Shown: positions 36,267 to 49,997, counted from the first letter of the stretch. The stretch: DNA of 64,000 nt from Basidiobolus meristosporus CBS 931.73 (GCA_002104905.1 MCFE01000352.1:1-64000), one strand, 5' to 3'. Made by a program: numbers and translations. The notes: generated by a model not told the origin, from the sequence alone.

Positions 36267-38299
36267 ATGAACTCCACCGTCAACACCCTAATCCAGGACA
36301 AGATAGTCCAACTCGAGAGCGGCCTTTCGGTCGATGAGGAACAGGAGAGACTTCTAGGTAGGTGGCCTCCCGTTGGTTAGAGTTAGGTGCGGCGAAACGG
36401 TTACTGACACTCCGTAGCCAAGGAATTGGACCAAGTGAGGAATGAGTTGGAGGGACTGGTACCCCAGGGAAGCCAGGAGGGCTCCTCGTTCTCTGCACTC
36501 AAAGACAAGTATCTGACTTTGGTATGAATCGCGTTGGAACCGATTTTCCTGGAAAGTGGTCGCTTCTCCGGCTTGTAACTCACCAGCCTGTTTTCGACTC
36601 GTAGTTTCAGGCGAAGTTCCGTTTGGAGCAGGACCAGGCTAAGATCCACCGTAAAGCTGACCTGATCGGTCGTGAGCGGGACTCAGGTAAGCCTCCTTCC
36701 GCCCCAACCAACCACTCGACCCACCCTTTGCTCACACCCCGGATCGCCGGGCACCCCCCGAATCCCCCAGTCAAGGCCGACCTATCGAAAGTCTCCGAAC
36801 TCAAAGGGAAACTTGAAAACCTATGCCGGGAGCTTCAACGAGAGAACAAGCGGATCAAGGTAAGGGGTCAGCAGAGGAGCGCAATCAGTCGGACCAAGGC
36901 CGCTCATCCCGCACGTTTAGGAGGAGAGCTTGCGCATCGCCCAGGAGGAACAATCGAAGCGGATGGAAATCTCGGGTAAGTTCGAATCGGCCATCCAGGA
37001 AATTCGAGTCAAGATGGACCAAGACTCCGAGGAGAACCGAAAGCGTGCGGAGGAAAATGCTGCGTAAGACTGCTTGATCGCACTCTTCCTGTGATCCTTG
37101 CTGATGTCGGTTTGGACGATCCATCCAGGTTGAAGGAGAAGTTCCAGAGCTTCCTGGCGCAGTTCGACCTTAGCGAGCAGCACCACAACTCCATCATCAA
37201 ATCGAAGAACCTCGAGATCCAACTCCTGGAGGCCAAGATCAACCAACATGTGGAATCCACGGCGCAGGAAATGGCCAAGGTACACTTGAGGTTTCTTCGA
37301 ACTTGGGAGCAATTCGAACCTAACTGGACGGAGCCTTTGTAGGCGCAAGCGATCACGATCGAGCTCAGCGAGTCCATCCAACGAGAAACGGAGCTGCGAG
37401 AGCAGCTGACCGTGTACGTGGAGAAATTCAAGCAGGTAGAAGGGACGCTCAGTCAAAGCAACGAGATCTTCACCACATTCCGCCAGGAGATGGAGCAGGT
37501 ATTGGTTTTCGTAGGAAATCATTGTCGCTGCGGACGCGACTGACTTTTGGAGCTAGCTAAGGAAGAGGACCAAGAAATACGAGAAAGAAAACCTCCTGAT
37601 CAAGCAGAAATGCGAGCAAATGAATCGAGTTATCCTGGAGATGGTGGAGGAGGTTGGGCCCTGACGCTAATGAACCACGGATATCTGCTAACCTATGCCC
37701 CCTATTCCAGCGAGCCAGGAACCAGAGCGACCTCGCGGCAAGCAAGAAGAAGATAGGTCAGCTAGAGAATCTCTGCAGAGCTTTACAGGTCCGGTGGTCC
37801 CTAATATCCCCTCATCCTACTCGCGTGCGACTCACCGAACCCTCTCCCCTCATGGATACAGACCGAGCGGAACGACTTCCAAAAGAAATGCGAGCTACTG
37901 GAGACCCGTCAAGGCGAGAAGCCGGACGAAGCGTCGGACGAGGTAAGGTCGCCGCTGGTGGGTCCACGGAACTTTCGGACTGACGAGTGCGCCTCTTCTG
38001 TAGGGCAAGCAGGCGGTGGACACCCTGAAGGGCCTGCTGCAGAAAAAAGCGGAATTCTTGCGGTTGTCGCAGGCGCTGGCGGTAATTAACGCTCACTGGC
38101 GGGGATGCGAAAACCGGTGATAATTAACCACTGACTCTTAGGATGAACGGGAAGCCCTGAAAACCCAACTGAACCCCCACCCATCCACTCCGGATACCCC
38201 TAGCGGAGAGGTCGCCGATGGTACTGTGCACAAACAGCCAACGCTAGATGTCGGGCCAGCCTACACTGATGCCCAAGAGGCGCTGAAAGGCCTGTGTAA
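36267..38299 (+). CDS. Taxilin-family coiled-coil protein (multi-exon; 3' end approximate)
   Basis: KLENLCRELQRENK, YVEKFKQVEGTLSQSNEIFTTFRQEME and LENLCRALQ across GT-AG introns. Confidence 0.88.
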
Positions 38300-38594
38300 T
38301 ATGATCGAGGAGATCTCGCTGTAAGCCACGGCACCACGATGTGTGAATGGGAAACTGTAGCCTTATAGAAACACAATCCACAGACATATATAAACTCAGT
38401 TCGATTTTAATGAAGGATACAGGGTTGATAAGGTACAATTCTAAGTTACAGAGAGAGCTTCCCTGTTGAAGGGAACCACTCCTCGGGGTTGGGGGAAGTG
38501 AGGGTGGTCGCGATCGGTCGGGCTACTTGAGCCCGGCAACGGAGTCAGGGCAGAAAAGATGGAAATGCAAAATGGGATGAAGTGTCTTGATGGC

Positions 38595-40378
38595 CTATTT
38601 CCATTGTTGTGAAGCACCATCTCGCAGTGCCTCCTGGTAGGAGGGTGGCAGCTCCTCGACGGTGGGGTGCGAGGATGATGCCTCGCTTTCTTCAATCATG
38701 TAGCCTAGATCAAAGGCGGATGGCGCCGACGGAGAAACACCCTGGGCCGTCGATGTGCTAGGCCCCGAACTGACCTCCTCCAGATTCTCCACGGGTGGCT
38801 TCTCGATTAAGCGGATGTGAGGTGCCGATGGCTCAGGGTTTGAGGTGCTTGGTGAGCGCATGCTGTGGAACGAGCTACTCCGGCTGTGATTGTTGGCGTT
38901 GACTGTGTTGTCTAGGGAACTAGACCTACTGCTTATCCTGGGAGGGCCGTTCCGAACTGGACTAGAGTGTTCGAGGGAACGAGACGCTTCGTTGGTGATA
39001 TCATAGATCGCTTGATTCTCCGCTAGATGGGGGAGAACAACGGTCCAATCCCCCTCCTCCTCGGTTGGGGTCGAATGTGGATCCGTATCCACGATACTCT
39101 CGCTATCTTCAGGAGTCATCCCAATGATAGGGTATGTGCCGATGATCAGGGGAAACACAAACTCCAGCCGCTTCTTGTAGAAGGTGCTGGGGACGAGGTC
39201 AATTTTGACATGGAGCTCGTAGGAGAAAGAGATCAACGGGGCAGTGATGGTGGTCGGGGGGAGTGAGCGTGGCACCCTGACTTTGGTCTCCACGTGGCAG
39301 GACAATGAGGTTGCATCAATATTTAGTGGGAGCTCCTGGACGAAGACCGCGGTGACTTGCTTCTGCTCATACCTACATTGGGGAGGTTGGGGGGTTAGCC
39401 CAATCGCGACAAACACCATGAAAGCCACTTACCCGTTGGCCGCGAACTTGGAGAGCTGGTAGAGTTTCAGGTGAATACCTGCAACATCCCGGATCGGCTG
39501 GATATGGTTGACGCTGATCTTGACCGGAAATGTCTCCCCTAGACAACGCTTAGAAATCAGCGGGAAATTCCCTTGTTTGTCGTCAACCTACGTTACCTTT
39601 GGCAAACGCTCTTTTCGGTATGAACACCTTGCACTCCACCACACCCTTGCTCTTGCGGAAGGTCCCCAGGGTAATGGAAGCTTCCTTGATTTGGTCAAAA
39701 GGGCTGAGGTAGATGGAATCTTGGGTGTCGATCAGGTCGGAAACAAGCACTGGACAAATCGATCGCGGCGAGAGTGTCAATGGAACCCACGGTTTGTGAT
39801 GGATGGCACGAAGCGAGTACTGAATCGACCCTTTGTTTCCCTGAGTGTGAAAAGGAGGGGGGTTAATTCGGGAACTCCTGGAAAGAGATGCAAGGACGTT
39901 ACGTACAAGATACGATGTGGGCAAGGTGAAAGAGGCAGAAGTCCCGGGCAGGAGAAATTCAAAGGGGAATTTATGCTCTCCCACGGTCAAAACCGGAGAA
40001 GCCTCCGAGTTCCGTGCCCCGTAAAGCACCAACTCCGTGTTGAACAAAGTCAGGGACTGGGTTTCGTTGAACTTGCTGGAAACATGGTTAGTAAGCAGTG
40101 ACCAAAGCCGAACCAGTCAAGTCAGGGAAATACCGCTCTGTCAACGACATCAAGGAGGTGGTGATCTCGCCCACGAATTGAAGCACGATGCATTTGGTCG
40201 GGGTGCTGCGAGTCATCTTAAGGACCACGTTGCCTGAAGAACAAAAAGATGAGCAATGGGAGTTGGGAGGCGGCCCTCAGTAGAAGAGCGTACCACGGAC
40301 GGCATCTCCAGGGAAGTAGGTTTTCTCATGATCAACTAGCTCAATGTTCAAACTAGAGCTACCTAGCGTTGACAGCAT
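38595..40378 (-). CDS. Alpha-arrestin domain protein (multi-exon)
   Basis: EKTYFPGDAVRG; GEHKFPFEFLLP..LPTS; GSIQYSL; ISFSYELHV; FPLIIGTYP; PPxY motif LPPSY. Confidence 0.88.
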
Positions 40379-40636
40379 ATCTTCGATAACAAGCAGTTGA
40401 CTAGTATATATAACAAGGAGGGCCTTCGGATGGTTTGTATGAAGGTGGTTTTGGTAGTGAACACTGGATTCGCCGGCATGATCAACATTACGATCAGTCT
40501 TATTATCCGTATATCCAATGAACAAATCATCCACCAGTGATGAGGTTTATTTCAAACAATGTACAAATGCGATCAATAATATATCATGAATGAAACAGGC
40601 AATACACATATACACAACGAAGGGCATGGATGAGGC

Positions 40637-42520
40637 TCAGATTATATGGATAACAAAGATATACCAGCAGACGGCCAGGAGGATAGCGAGAACGCCTCCG
40701 TAGATGCGGCTCCAGTTAGAGGTAGCGTTCTTCTTGGCCTGGATATCCTCTTTGACCGAGCCTTGGACGCATTGCGAGCGCTTCTGGTCGCTCATATCCA
40801 GAATAGAGTGCCAAGTAGTCTTGTTGATCACAAAGATGACCACGCTCAGGATGCAGGCGACAACCCCGAGGGCAACGTAAAACTTCATCACATTGCCATA
40901 TCGGTCGGCACCTCTGTCCTGAAGACGGCCCACGAAGATATCAAAGATCGTATTGCTAATGTTGTTGGCACTCTTGTACACGCCAAATGCAGTCCCGACT
41001 GCGTCTTTGTTTAAGATCAGCGGGATGCCAGAGATTACGCACACAGGGCCGATACTCAGCGAAATCGAAAACACAAGCATCCCAACGATTGGATGGACCA
41101 TGGTAAAGCCGAGGATGTACATCGAACAGAGAAACGTGACGGAGGACAGCATTACTGGCAAAAATGTTAGTGGAGCTGAGACCAAAGGCCGGATTGCTTG
41201 TCGATGGCTTACCAGATATCGTTCTCTTGCCAAACCCATCCAGAACGTAGCCCATGAAAGGGGCGACGAAGATCGGAAGAAACTGAGCGAAGCTGGCGTA
41301 ATAACTGGCCTGCAGCTCGTTGACATTGAAGCGGCTCATTACCAGCTCGCTGATTCTTTGGTTAGTAGCTGGTCCACTGATGATTCCAATTGGGGAGCTT
41401 GCCTGTTGATGTGGAGGAATGTGGTCCACCCACTCCCGATGATGAAGTTCAGCCAGATCATGATCCACACTAGACCCGGGAAGTATAGAAGGCGGGAGAA
41501 CTTGAATTCTTTCTTGCTACGAAGTTTTCTGAGCTCCTCCGGATTGGTGGTCTCGTTCGAGGCTCGCACCACCGCCACATACAGGATATTGATCAGCAAC
41601 GAGAGAATGCATAGAACAGCCGACAACTAAAGGAGTGGATGTCGTTGGCAACGGCAAGTCAGATGGCGTGGAAAACAGAACCTACCCAGAATGCTGCGCC
41701 GTAGAACCCCACAGCTTTGTTCAGTGGTACAGCGGTTATAAAGGCCAGATAGGATGCCTATTCAAAAGAGTCATCGTTAATTCTAGCTCTTCCCAAATGC
41801 GCCACATGATTTTCCCCACCAATCTCGAGGTGGCAATCTGGAGTCCAAGTGTGATAGCGAGACCTTTTCCACGAAACCAATGACTAATGATTGTCTCTTG
41901 GATAATCACGATAGCGCCCGACCCAATGCTACAATATTCACCAGTTGACTTGAGTATTCCAAGGCACAGGAAGAACACCACTTACCCATACAGCACGCGC
42001 CCCACAATCATCATAGGGAAGGAAGCGTACGATGCGGAGAAGGCCACAAAGATATTTCCAGCCGCAATAAGACTGGTGGATAGAATCGACCCCATATTGG
42101 TACCAAAGGTGTCGATGAATACGCCACCAAGCACGGGCAGGATGGTGTTGACTAGGGAGACTGAGGATTGCAGCACTCCATAGTCCGAATTGGAGATTCC
42201 TAGCTCCTTTGATCCGGCTTTAGTACAGATTGTGAGAACTGAATTCAGGGCAGAAAGGCCTCCCTACCTCCTTGATGGTATTTTTCAAAGCGCCGAGTGT
42301 ATGAGCGGCGTAGTGGCTACCAACTTTGAGGTTATGAGCAAAGTGTGATGTCTAGGGGGGTGTTTGCCCTGTTACCTGAGAGGAGCAAAGCACAAAGCAG
42401 AGCTATAGCTTTGTACTTCCAGGGCTTGTTTTCGAATTCCGTCGGCTCTTCCGTCCGCCGGTCAACTTGTGGGATAAGAGGCTGGGTCTCGGGGTCTTGT
42501 TGGCCAACTGCTTTGGACAT
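40637..42520 (-). CDS. MFS transporter, MFSD1-like (multi-exon)
   Basis: NTILPVLGGVFIDTFG; IVGRVLYG; ETIISHWFRGKGLAITLG; GTAFGVYKSANN; multiple TM segments. Confidence 0.88.
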
Positions 42521-42964
42521 AATCGATTGTCGCTAGGAGCGGGGTAAGTTGCAAACCACCGGAGAAGGATTCAACATTATATATCATCCGATCTGGACTA
42601 TCATGGCATATGAGGCCAGTCTACTGTTCACTTTATCGAGTAGAAAATTTCTTGATCGGCACGTATGTCCAATCTGAACACCCATATATACAAATGTGTC
42701 GTCTGAATCTCATTTTAGTTTAAGCGCCTTGATATGGAATGAATTAATATTTAGCGTTGGTGTCATATATAGTTACCCAAAATCCCTTTTTTGCGCACGA
42801 GAAGATGTTCACCATGTCTTATCGGGCTTTGGCCAATCACCCCCTAATGTTCGTTTGAGGTATGGGATCGAAGGCCTTGAGAAGGAAGTGAAAAGCATAG
42901 TGATGACGAAGAATTGGGTTTATTATTTTGCATTATTTGGTGTTGGCCATCTTCACCATGATAT

Positions 42965-43972
42965 TTACAAATACATCATTGACGATCCAGCCTCCGAGCT
43001 CTTCATCTCTAACGAATCGAGCCTCTCACGAATAACCGTGAATCCAAAGATTTGGGTTAATTGCTCAGAAAGGTAAGTCAGCAACTAGGGTGGGTTGGGT
43101 TAGTGAACTGCATTCTGCAAGCCTGATAATGCCACCTAAGTACCTGGACGTCGTCTTTGGTTCCCGTTTTGAACTTCTTGGAGGGATATAGCAGGAATTG
43201 GGTGGAGATGTTCTCCAATTGCAACAACGTGATCAAAGTGTTGAGGAATAGGTTATTCAGAGGTGCTGCGGTATTGAGCGTAGGGTATTGTAGCTGAGCA
43301 TCTACCGATTTAAAATTCAGGAACTGATCCACTTGCATAAGTATCGAAGATCTGTGCAAACCTGTGTTCAAACTGGCAATGTGTAGGGACTCTTTTGAGG
43401 CGGTGAAGTCGAACGCTCCTAGCACATAGAGAGTCTGAATCTCACTTGAGGATATGAAATTCACTAAAGCATCAGCTAACGCAAGGAGCTTCTTGTCAGA
43501 AGGCAATACGTTGATCACAATTACGCTAGTCTATGGTAAGCAGTGAGTCAGTTTGAGCTCGATCCCTCGCATCGATAATGTCGTTAAAAGATAAGCAGAC
43601 CTCAAGGCTATCGAAATTCTTTACTACAATCCTCTCTTCGCCATCCAAATCGGCAATGAGTGGCTCCTCAGCCTCATATCCATCAAAGTTTAGCTTTGCG
43701 TCCGTGCTGTTTTGGAGCGAGTTCAGTAAGCGGGTTCCCGCTATGCAGTTATCAGGGAAACCCAGGATCACTTTCGGGTGAAGGTGAACATTCTGCTCAT
43801 TATTGAGAGTAAACGTAGCTGTGGTTTCCATTGAAAGAAGTTTGTCAGGTAAGCTATTATGTTGGCAAGGTGTGTTTGGCATTTCTACCTCAGAATAAGT
43901 GCTATTGGGCATGTCACGTGATAAATCTATGCTGGGTAATGACGTGGGTAAACGCAATGCGAAAGATGGCAT
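42965..43972 (-). CDS. Hypothetical protein, possibly proteasome assembly chaperone (PAC1/PAC2)-like
   Basis: Exons join ORFs 43526-43972 and 43078-43518 and a last exon LLTYLSEQ...SSMMYL*. Alternating alpha/beta pattern; C-terminal Hb-Y-X. Confidence 0.5.
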
Positions 43973-44112
43973 AAAAACGGCAAACTCGCAGGTAGCATGG
44001 CTAATTTCGAGAGCAAGTCGAGTGTAAATTTAATGATGCTTCAGGAAGTCTACTCTGGGTAGAGGATGGAATGCAGTGAATCTCTAATTGAAAACAACAA
44101 AAGTGATGGGCA

Positions 44113-45599
44113 TTATACAGTAGAGGCTGTGAGAGAAGCAAAGGCCTCCTCAGGCTCTGTCTTGGCCGTATGGGACTTGGCATATCTGTGAGCCTCACAT
44201 TGCAAACAAGTTTGATTTTTGCGACAACATTGTTTACAGGAATGGAATGAGCATTTTAGAGAGGCGATGTTTTTGCAGTGGATACAAAGGCCTTCCCGGA
44301 TCTTCTTGGGCCGCTTAGGGGTTTTGGTAGCCGGGGAACGGCCGTCCTGTAGATCACTCACGCTGGCGCCAACATCGATTTTCTTACTAATGATCTCAGA
44401 TAGCGGTGCTCTGAGGTAGGGCTGGCATAGCCAATGTGGAATAACGCGTCCACCGCTCGCATCCAGTGCTATTTCGTCAGAAGCATTGTTGGCAGCCTCC
44501 TCCAACCGGTGTCTCAGTATTTGAACAATCTCTTCGAAATGGACCATGCTCTTGGCTCTGGCCAATTGGTCACGCATGTCGGTGTGCATATGAAGACAGG
44601 GACGAAACAGCTTAAACAGATGAGGTCGAATCATGTGAAATCTCGTAGGAATTGTTCTACAAATCTCGAGATACTCCTGAGCCACCTTCCAGGCGGGAGG
44701 GAATTGGCCGGAGAAAATGGCGGGATTGTGTAAATTCCCTTCCGCCGACATAACCCCCTCCACGCCGGTGTAGTCTAAACATCGCTGCACATCCTCATGG
44801 TAGAGAATATTCCCGTTGGCAAAAACTGGAACGGATACGGCTTCACGAACTCTTCTGATTTGCTCCCAATCAGCCAGTCCGGTATTGTGGCCTTTTTGCT
44901 CACGGATACGCCCGTGCACGGTCAGTAGCTGAGCACCAGCATCTTCCAGCATCTGGGCGTATTCGATGGTTTTATCAGTGTCCGGGAAAATCCGGATTTT
45001 GCAAGTAACGGGAATCTTGAGTTGGTTGTGCAGCACATTTACTATGCAGAAGAAGTGAGTATATCTAGTGGGCACGTGTCGTAGGGGATGCTTCTTACCC
45101 ATCTCTTTCAACAGACCCCAATCCTCCATCAGGTAGGATCCATAACGTCCTTTTTTGGCAATTTGTTGCGGACAGCCAATGTTCAAGTCGACGGCGTCGC
45201 ATTTGTCCTCGACTAAGAGGGCAGCTTTTAATAAAGTCTCCGCATCGTTAGCACAGAATTGGGTGATGAGTGGTCGATCTTCCGGGTTCGTAGTGAATTG
45301 TTCTTCGCGGTAGTATTGGTTTTCAATAAATAGCCGGGCGTGGAACATCGGTGTATAGCAAAGCTGAGCTCCATAACGACGGCTCAACATACGCCACGCC
45401 TGATTGTTGAAGTGCGAAAATGAGTACACGAATTGGCGCTGATACTCCATCATAGAACTACCTCTTCTGATTGATCCACCATGGGCGCGACCACATGTCT
45501 GGCACCTTTTAAGGATTTCAGCCAAAATTCGAATCCAGTGGGCTTGTTCAAGGGGGTTTTGGGCGCCAGAACACTGCCCAAGGGAAGCCGGGGAATCAT
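44113..45599 (-). CDS. DUS1: tRNA-dihydrouridine(16/17) synthase
   Basis: [16 protein letters not shown]|AWR; [11 protein letters not shown]; [12 protein letters not shown]; VDLNIGCPQ; LTVHGR; FANGNI; Cys-rich C-terminus as in DUS1L. Two introns. Confidence 0.95.
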
Positions 45600-45951
45600 A
45601 GCTAGTCTGGCAGGCTGGGCAAGAACAGGAAGCGAATCACATAGAAATTTAAGGATGAAATGTAAAAATTCTCCAAATAAGATAACTGCCGAACCCTAAT
45701 TGGGATTAGTTCATTCAATCCAATCCTGCTTGCAAATGGGAAATTGAGCCAATTTATCGGAAACGGCCATTTTATTCGTCGGCCGCATGAGAACCCTATA
45801 TGAAAAAAGTCACAGCATTTCCGTTAGGAAGCAGCCATGGAGATATACCCTCTCCAACACGATTCGTTTTTTTCCTTGAACGCGCATATGCCCACCGATT
45901 TTTGTCCGCTATCCGGATGAAACGCTCTCTGCGTCCAACCTTACCTTTGCT

Positions 45952-46572
45952 ATGGTCAACATACTTCGAGGCTATCCCATCCCAATCATAGTGATTCTTC
46001 TACAGTGCATTCTTTACGGCTATATATCGTATGTTTACCAGGGCAAATTGCCAGACCCTGTGCCTATACGTTTCCAGGGCCAACAGGCTGTCCACTTTCA
46101 ATCGAAACATAAATACTTCTCTATACATCTGGCCATCTTCTATCTAACTACCATATTCCTTTTTCTCACTGGACTATTGGTGGCCACTCGGTTGCCAGCC
46201 AGGTATCTTAGTATTCCAGGAAAAGAGAATTGGCTTGGGATCCAGACCAAAGAAAAAATCGTGAAGGTTCTTAGTTCGAAGTACTGTTTATGGGTGACGG
46301 TGTTCACAGCCCAGTTCTTACTAGAGCTCAACACTCTTCTGTACGAGGTAAAGAATCCCCTCCATTGTCTACACATTGTATGTGCCTAAAGGATCTCCAA
46401 CTTGCAATAGCTGTCGCTTAGGAAAAGTTTCCAGTTGTTCTGGTTCTTCTGGATCTTCCTTGGTGTATACCTGATCGAACTGGCGGCAAGCACCTTGATC
46501 GGGTATTTCAAAATCCGCTCTGTAGGGACCCTGCAAGGAATAGAGGATTTCCAGCCATCTTTCTTTATTTAA
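45952..46572 (+). CDS. DUF1648-like small membrane protein (2 exons)
   Basis: TM-LPDPVPIRF-TM-LPARYLSIPGKENWL-TM; intron ~46348-46410; last exon FWFFWIFLGVYL. Confidence 0.65.
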
Positions 46573-46824
46573 TTGATTTCCCCTGTTGCATTACCCTGTA
46601 CATTCAGCACGCGTATTTTTATTGCCTTCTACAGAGGCCATTAATCTCGACATGTTTGGGAGTTACTTTAGATCATCCTGTATATCCAAAACTCCTCTAT
46701 AAACTATACACTCTACATCATTGTGGGTAATGTTTATTCGGTTGTTTACAGCGACGTCGACTACCCGGGGATAAAGTGGTTTATCATATACTACACACAT
46801 AAATATATCTAATTGATATTCAGG

Positions 46825-47848
46825 TCATTTCAGGTAAAGTCCCAGTAGCAATAGATAACAAATGCTCCCACCAGGGGAGTTCTTCTCACTGGAGCTCATC
46901 AGATGGTTGCTTCCAGACGGTATGTCGGATTTCGATGGTTTGGCAGGCTTGGCATCGGCGGTTAGGCCTGGCAACATCTCAGCCTCGGCTAGCTCACCTT
47001 CAGCCTCGCTCTCACTGTCATCATCGCCACGGATCTCGAATATTCGAGAGTAGCTATAATCGTGTTGCTTCGTACCGATGCGAAGATAATAGTGCTTGTT
47101 GGTTTTCAAGGTTCTTGGGACCAGCCAGACAAACTGGCTTTCATGCATGTCCACGGCTTCTGCCAGGGTACTGACCACCTTCTCCTTGAGAAGTAGCTGG
47201 AGCCGGGCTTTCTTGGGACCCTGTCGACTTCCCATTGTATGAAGGGTCTCCCAGCGAATAACCACTTGTGTTCCTACCTGCCATTGTGTATTCTCCGAAG
47301 GAGTGGTGATGGTAAAATCAAATGGAAAATCTATCAACGAGCGATAATTAGCCAAGAGATCACCGGATTTGCTCTCTCCTTAACTTACCATTGATGAATG
47401 AGGATTTATGCTTCGCGGACAAAGCCTGTGGTGGAGGATGAAGTGCTTGGTTGGATGTTATTGTAAGCGATGGTGAAGGTGAAGGTGAAGGTAAGGGCGA
47501 GTGGGATTGCGATAATGAAAATAATGGCGATGAAGAGGATGATGAAGGGGTTGGTCGCGACGGAGAGGGGGATGTTGAGGATGGCGGTGGTGTTGGTGTT
47601 GGCAGGACTGGCGGCGGAACCACCCCTGTCTCAATAATGTGTGGGGTTGAAGAGTGAGCTAGCAATGTGTCCTTGACGACGGACGCCCGAGGAAGGGCCG
47701 GTATGGGCCGCTTTTGGGTCATTGGTCGCATCGAAGAGAGGGATCCAGAGGCGTCAAGGGAATGTCTATGGTTCACCTGCACAAGAGAGGAGTAGCAAGA
47801 TTGGCTCACTAACAGGGAGCAGACAAAGGAGCTAACAGTCCCTTTCAT
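46825..47848 (-). CDS. Secreted Ser/Pro-rich protein with Kre9/Knh1-like Ser-Thr-rich GPI-protein domain (2 exons)
   Basis: Signal-like N-terminus; S/P stalk; intron ~47336-47389; FTITTPSENTQWQVGTQVVIRW..YYLRI..YSRIFEI; hydrophobic tail. Confidence 0.72.
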
Positions 47849-48010
47849 ACGGAGACGAGAAATGAATTGGTGTTTTCCATACATTGAAAACTATATATAC
47901 TTCCACGTTTCACTCTTGAAAACGTTCATCTCGGAGATTGCGAATATTTCCCGTTTCAGGGATTTTCTCCTACTCGAGGGTTACCGGGTTTCACCAAGAT
48001 AATGCAAACT

Positions 48011-49041
48011 TTATTTCTCCAATTTTTCCAGAACGTTGACAAACATGTATCTCGAGAAAATGATGTACAGCTGGCGGAACCAAACCAACTGACTTCTGTG
48101 GCAGGTCATTGCCTTGCGGGATGTCATGACCTCCTTGGGGCTGCTTACAAATGCCAATGTCTGCGGAATCCCGTCTGTCTCTTGGAAGAGAGAGCTGATG
48201 GAGAAAAGAATGTCGATAAAAGTGATGTATTTTCTGACCAGCGGGACTGTGGTCAAAGTGTAGGTGGGGAGGTTATCGAAGTTGTACTTGGCCGAGCTAG
48301 CGAGCATATGTCTACAATTGAGCCAAGGTGAGTCCAATAGGCGCAGCTACATCAATGGCGTTACAATATTACCTGATGCCGAAATAAGTGGCAATATGGT
48401 TGGTGTGCCCCGAGATGCCGTAGGTGTCGAAAGTCAAAAGCTACAACAGTACGAGTTCATATACGAGTCATGACAGGTGAGGTGAGATAAAGGCGAGATA
48501 CCATATTGATGTTGTTTTTTGTGACATAATCTTCAACAGTCTTGGCCACAACAGCAGCGTGCCATATTTTAGTAGGGTGATCAGGCAGCTCCCTAAAGGG
48601 GTGAAGCTTAATAACTAGTGCATGAAGTTTCCGGCTAGCCAGAACACTTACGGGTGGTCTAAAGAATGGACATTCTCTGGCTTAACTCCCAACGCCACAC
48701 AGCTCTTTACCAGTTCCTTTTCCCGAATCTCTCCCAATTTGTCGTGGTTACCTTACATTTTTGGTTAGCGTGAGACGGAAAGACCGATAAACACAAAGTT
48801 CACGTGTGTATATACCCTTTGACAAGCACAAAACGTGCACTTCGGTGGATGCTTGTAGTTTCAGAAGGGCAGGGCCAAAAAACATGCACTCGTCGTCGGG
48901 ATGGGCTGTAACAAGTAAGACCTTCTTGATCCCATTTTCGGCTAGGGCCTTTGGAGCAGTTGGGGGACGCACTATACAAAACACGTAGACAAAGAAAGCA
49001 GGTATCGCCAAGGATATCAAGAGTGGTAGAAAGTACTGCAT
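48011..49041 (-). CDS. GPI12: N-acetylglucosaminyl-PI de-N-acetylase (PIG-L), multi-exon
   Basis: VLLVTAHPDDECMFFGP..VHVLCLS; C-terminal HRSQLVWFRQLYIIFSRYMFVN. Confidence 0.93.
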
Positions 49042-49186
49042 CGCTATCGATTATGGCGTAGCGAAAATGACCCTCATAAATGGGAGGAATTATATCGTAT
49101 TAGATCACATAAATAAAAAATTCTTGCTCTGGTTGGAGTGTCATAAAATAGTAGAATGCTGGCCCTGCTTGTTACTTGAACCAAAA

Positions 49187-49997
49187 ATGAACCGTCTCGT
49201 CGCCAGCTCCAGATTGTTGAAGCGTATTGCTCCTCTTACTCTCCGTTCCCTCAGGGGTAACCTTTCATAAACAAAGAGTATTGTAATTATTTCCGTAACT
49301 TAATATGTGCATATTTAGTTCAACAGGCCTATGTCAAGCCCTGTGTCTTGCCCTTCACCCAGCAATACTTTGCTCGCCAAGGTAGGCTTGGCTTCTATTG
49401 TCAGTACTTTGCGTACAATATATTGACCATTTCTCACGAACGGATATAGCTCACTTCGTGGCAACCCCTCCTCTATACAACAATGCCAATGGTGGAGGCT
49501 TCAGTGACGCTGAGCAACAAGCCCAACAGTATCTTGAAGAGGGTACCGAAGCCTTAAACAATGGTAAACTCGAGGAAGCTATTGTCCAATACACCAAATC
49601 AGTAGAGGTCAAGCCCACTGCTACCGGTTACTACAATCTCGGCGTTTGCTACTACCAACTCGGACAACCCCAAGAGGCTGTTGACGCCTGGAAGCTTTCA
49701 TTGAACTTGTCTCCCTCCCACTCCGACTTGCATCTCAACCTCGCCAGTGTTTACTACATGCACTTGAAAGATTCCGAGAAGGCTCTTGAGCATATTGAGC
49801 AGGCATCCAACTTAGCACCCTACGATGGAGAGATTTTCTACAATTACGGGGTAATGCTCGATGCTTCGGGTAAACTGGAGCAAGCCATTGAGAAATACAA
49901 AATAGCCAAGGAGCTTGGTATCGAGCGAGCTGAAACCAACCTTAGAAACGCAATGGCTCGAATCTTGAAAGACAAAGTTACCCCCTCACCTCAATAG
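49187..49997 (+). CDS. TPR-repeat protein with an Arg/Leu/Ser-rich, possibly mitochondrial, presequence
   Basis: YYNLGVCYYQLG, LHLNLASVY and FYNYGVMLDASG TPR helices; N-terminus MNRLVASSRLLKRIAPLTLRSLR; two introns. Confidence 0.8.

Noticed and set aside
36917-37522. Antisense ORFs over taxilin (similarly 40953-41630 over the MFS gene and 39508-40101 over the arrestin)
   Set aside because: They overlap well-supported genes on the opposite strand and show no family features.
42696-43076. 126-aa plus-strand ORF
   Set aside because: Overlaps the last exon and 3' region of the minus-strand gene; no motifs.
44113-45525. ORF-track N-terminus [15 protein letters not shown] for DUS1
   Set aside because: Wrong frame read through an intron; the real first exon starts at 45599 and encodes [14 protein letters not shown].
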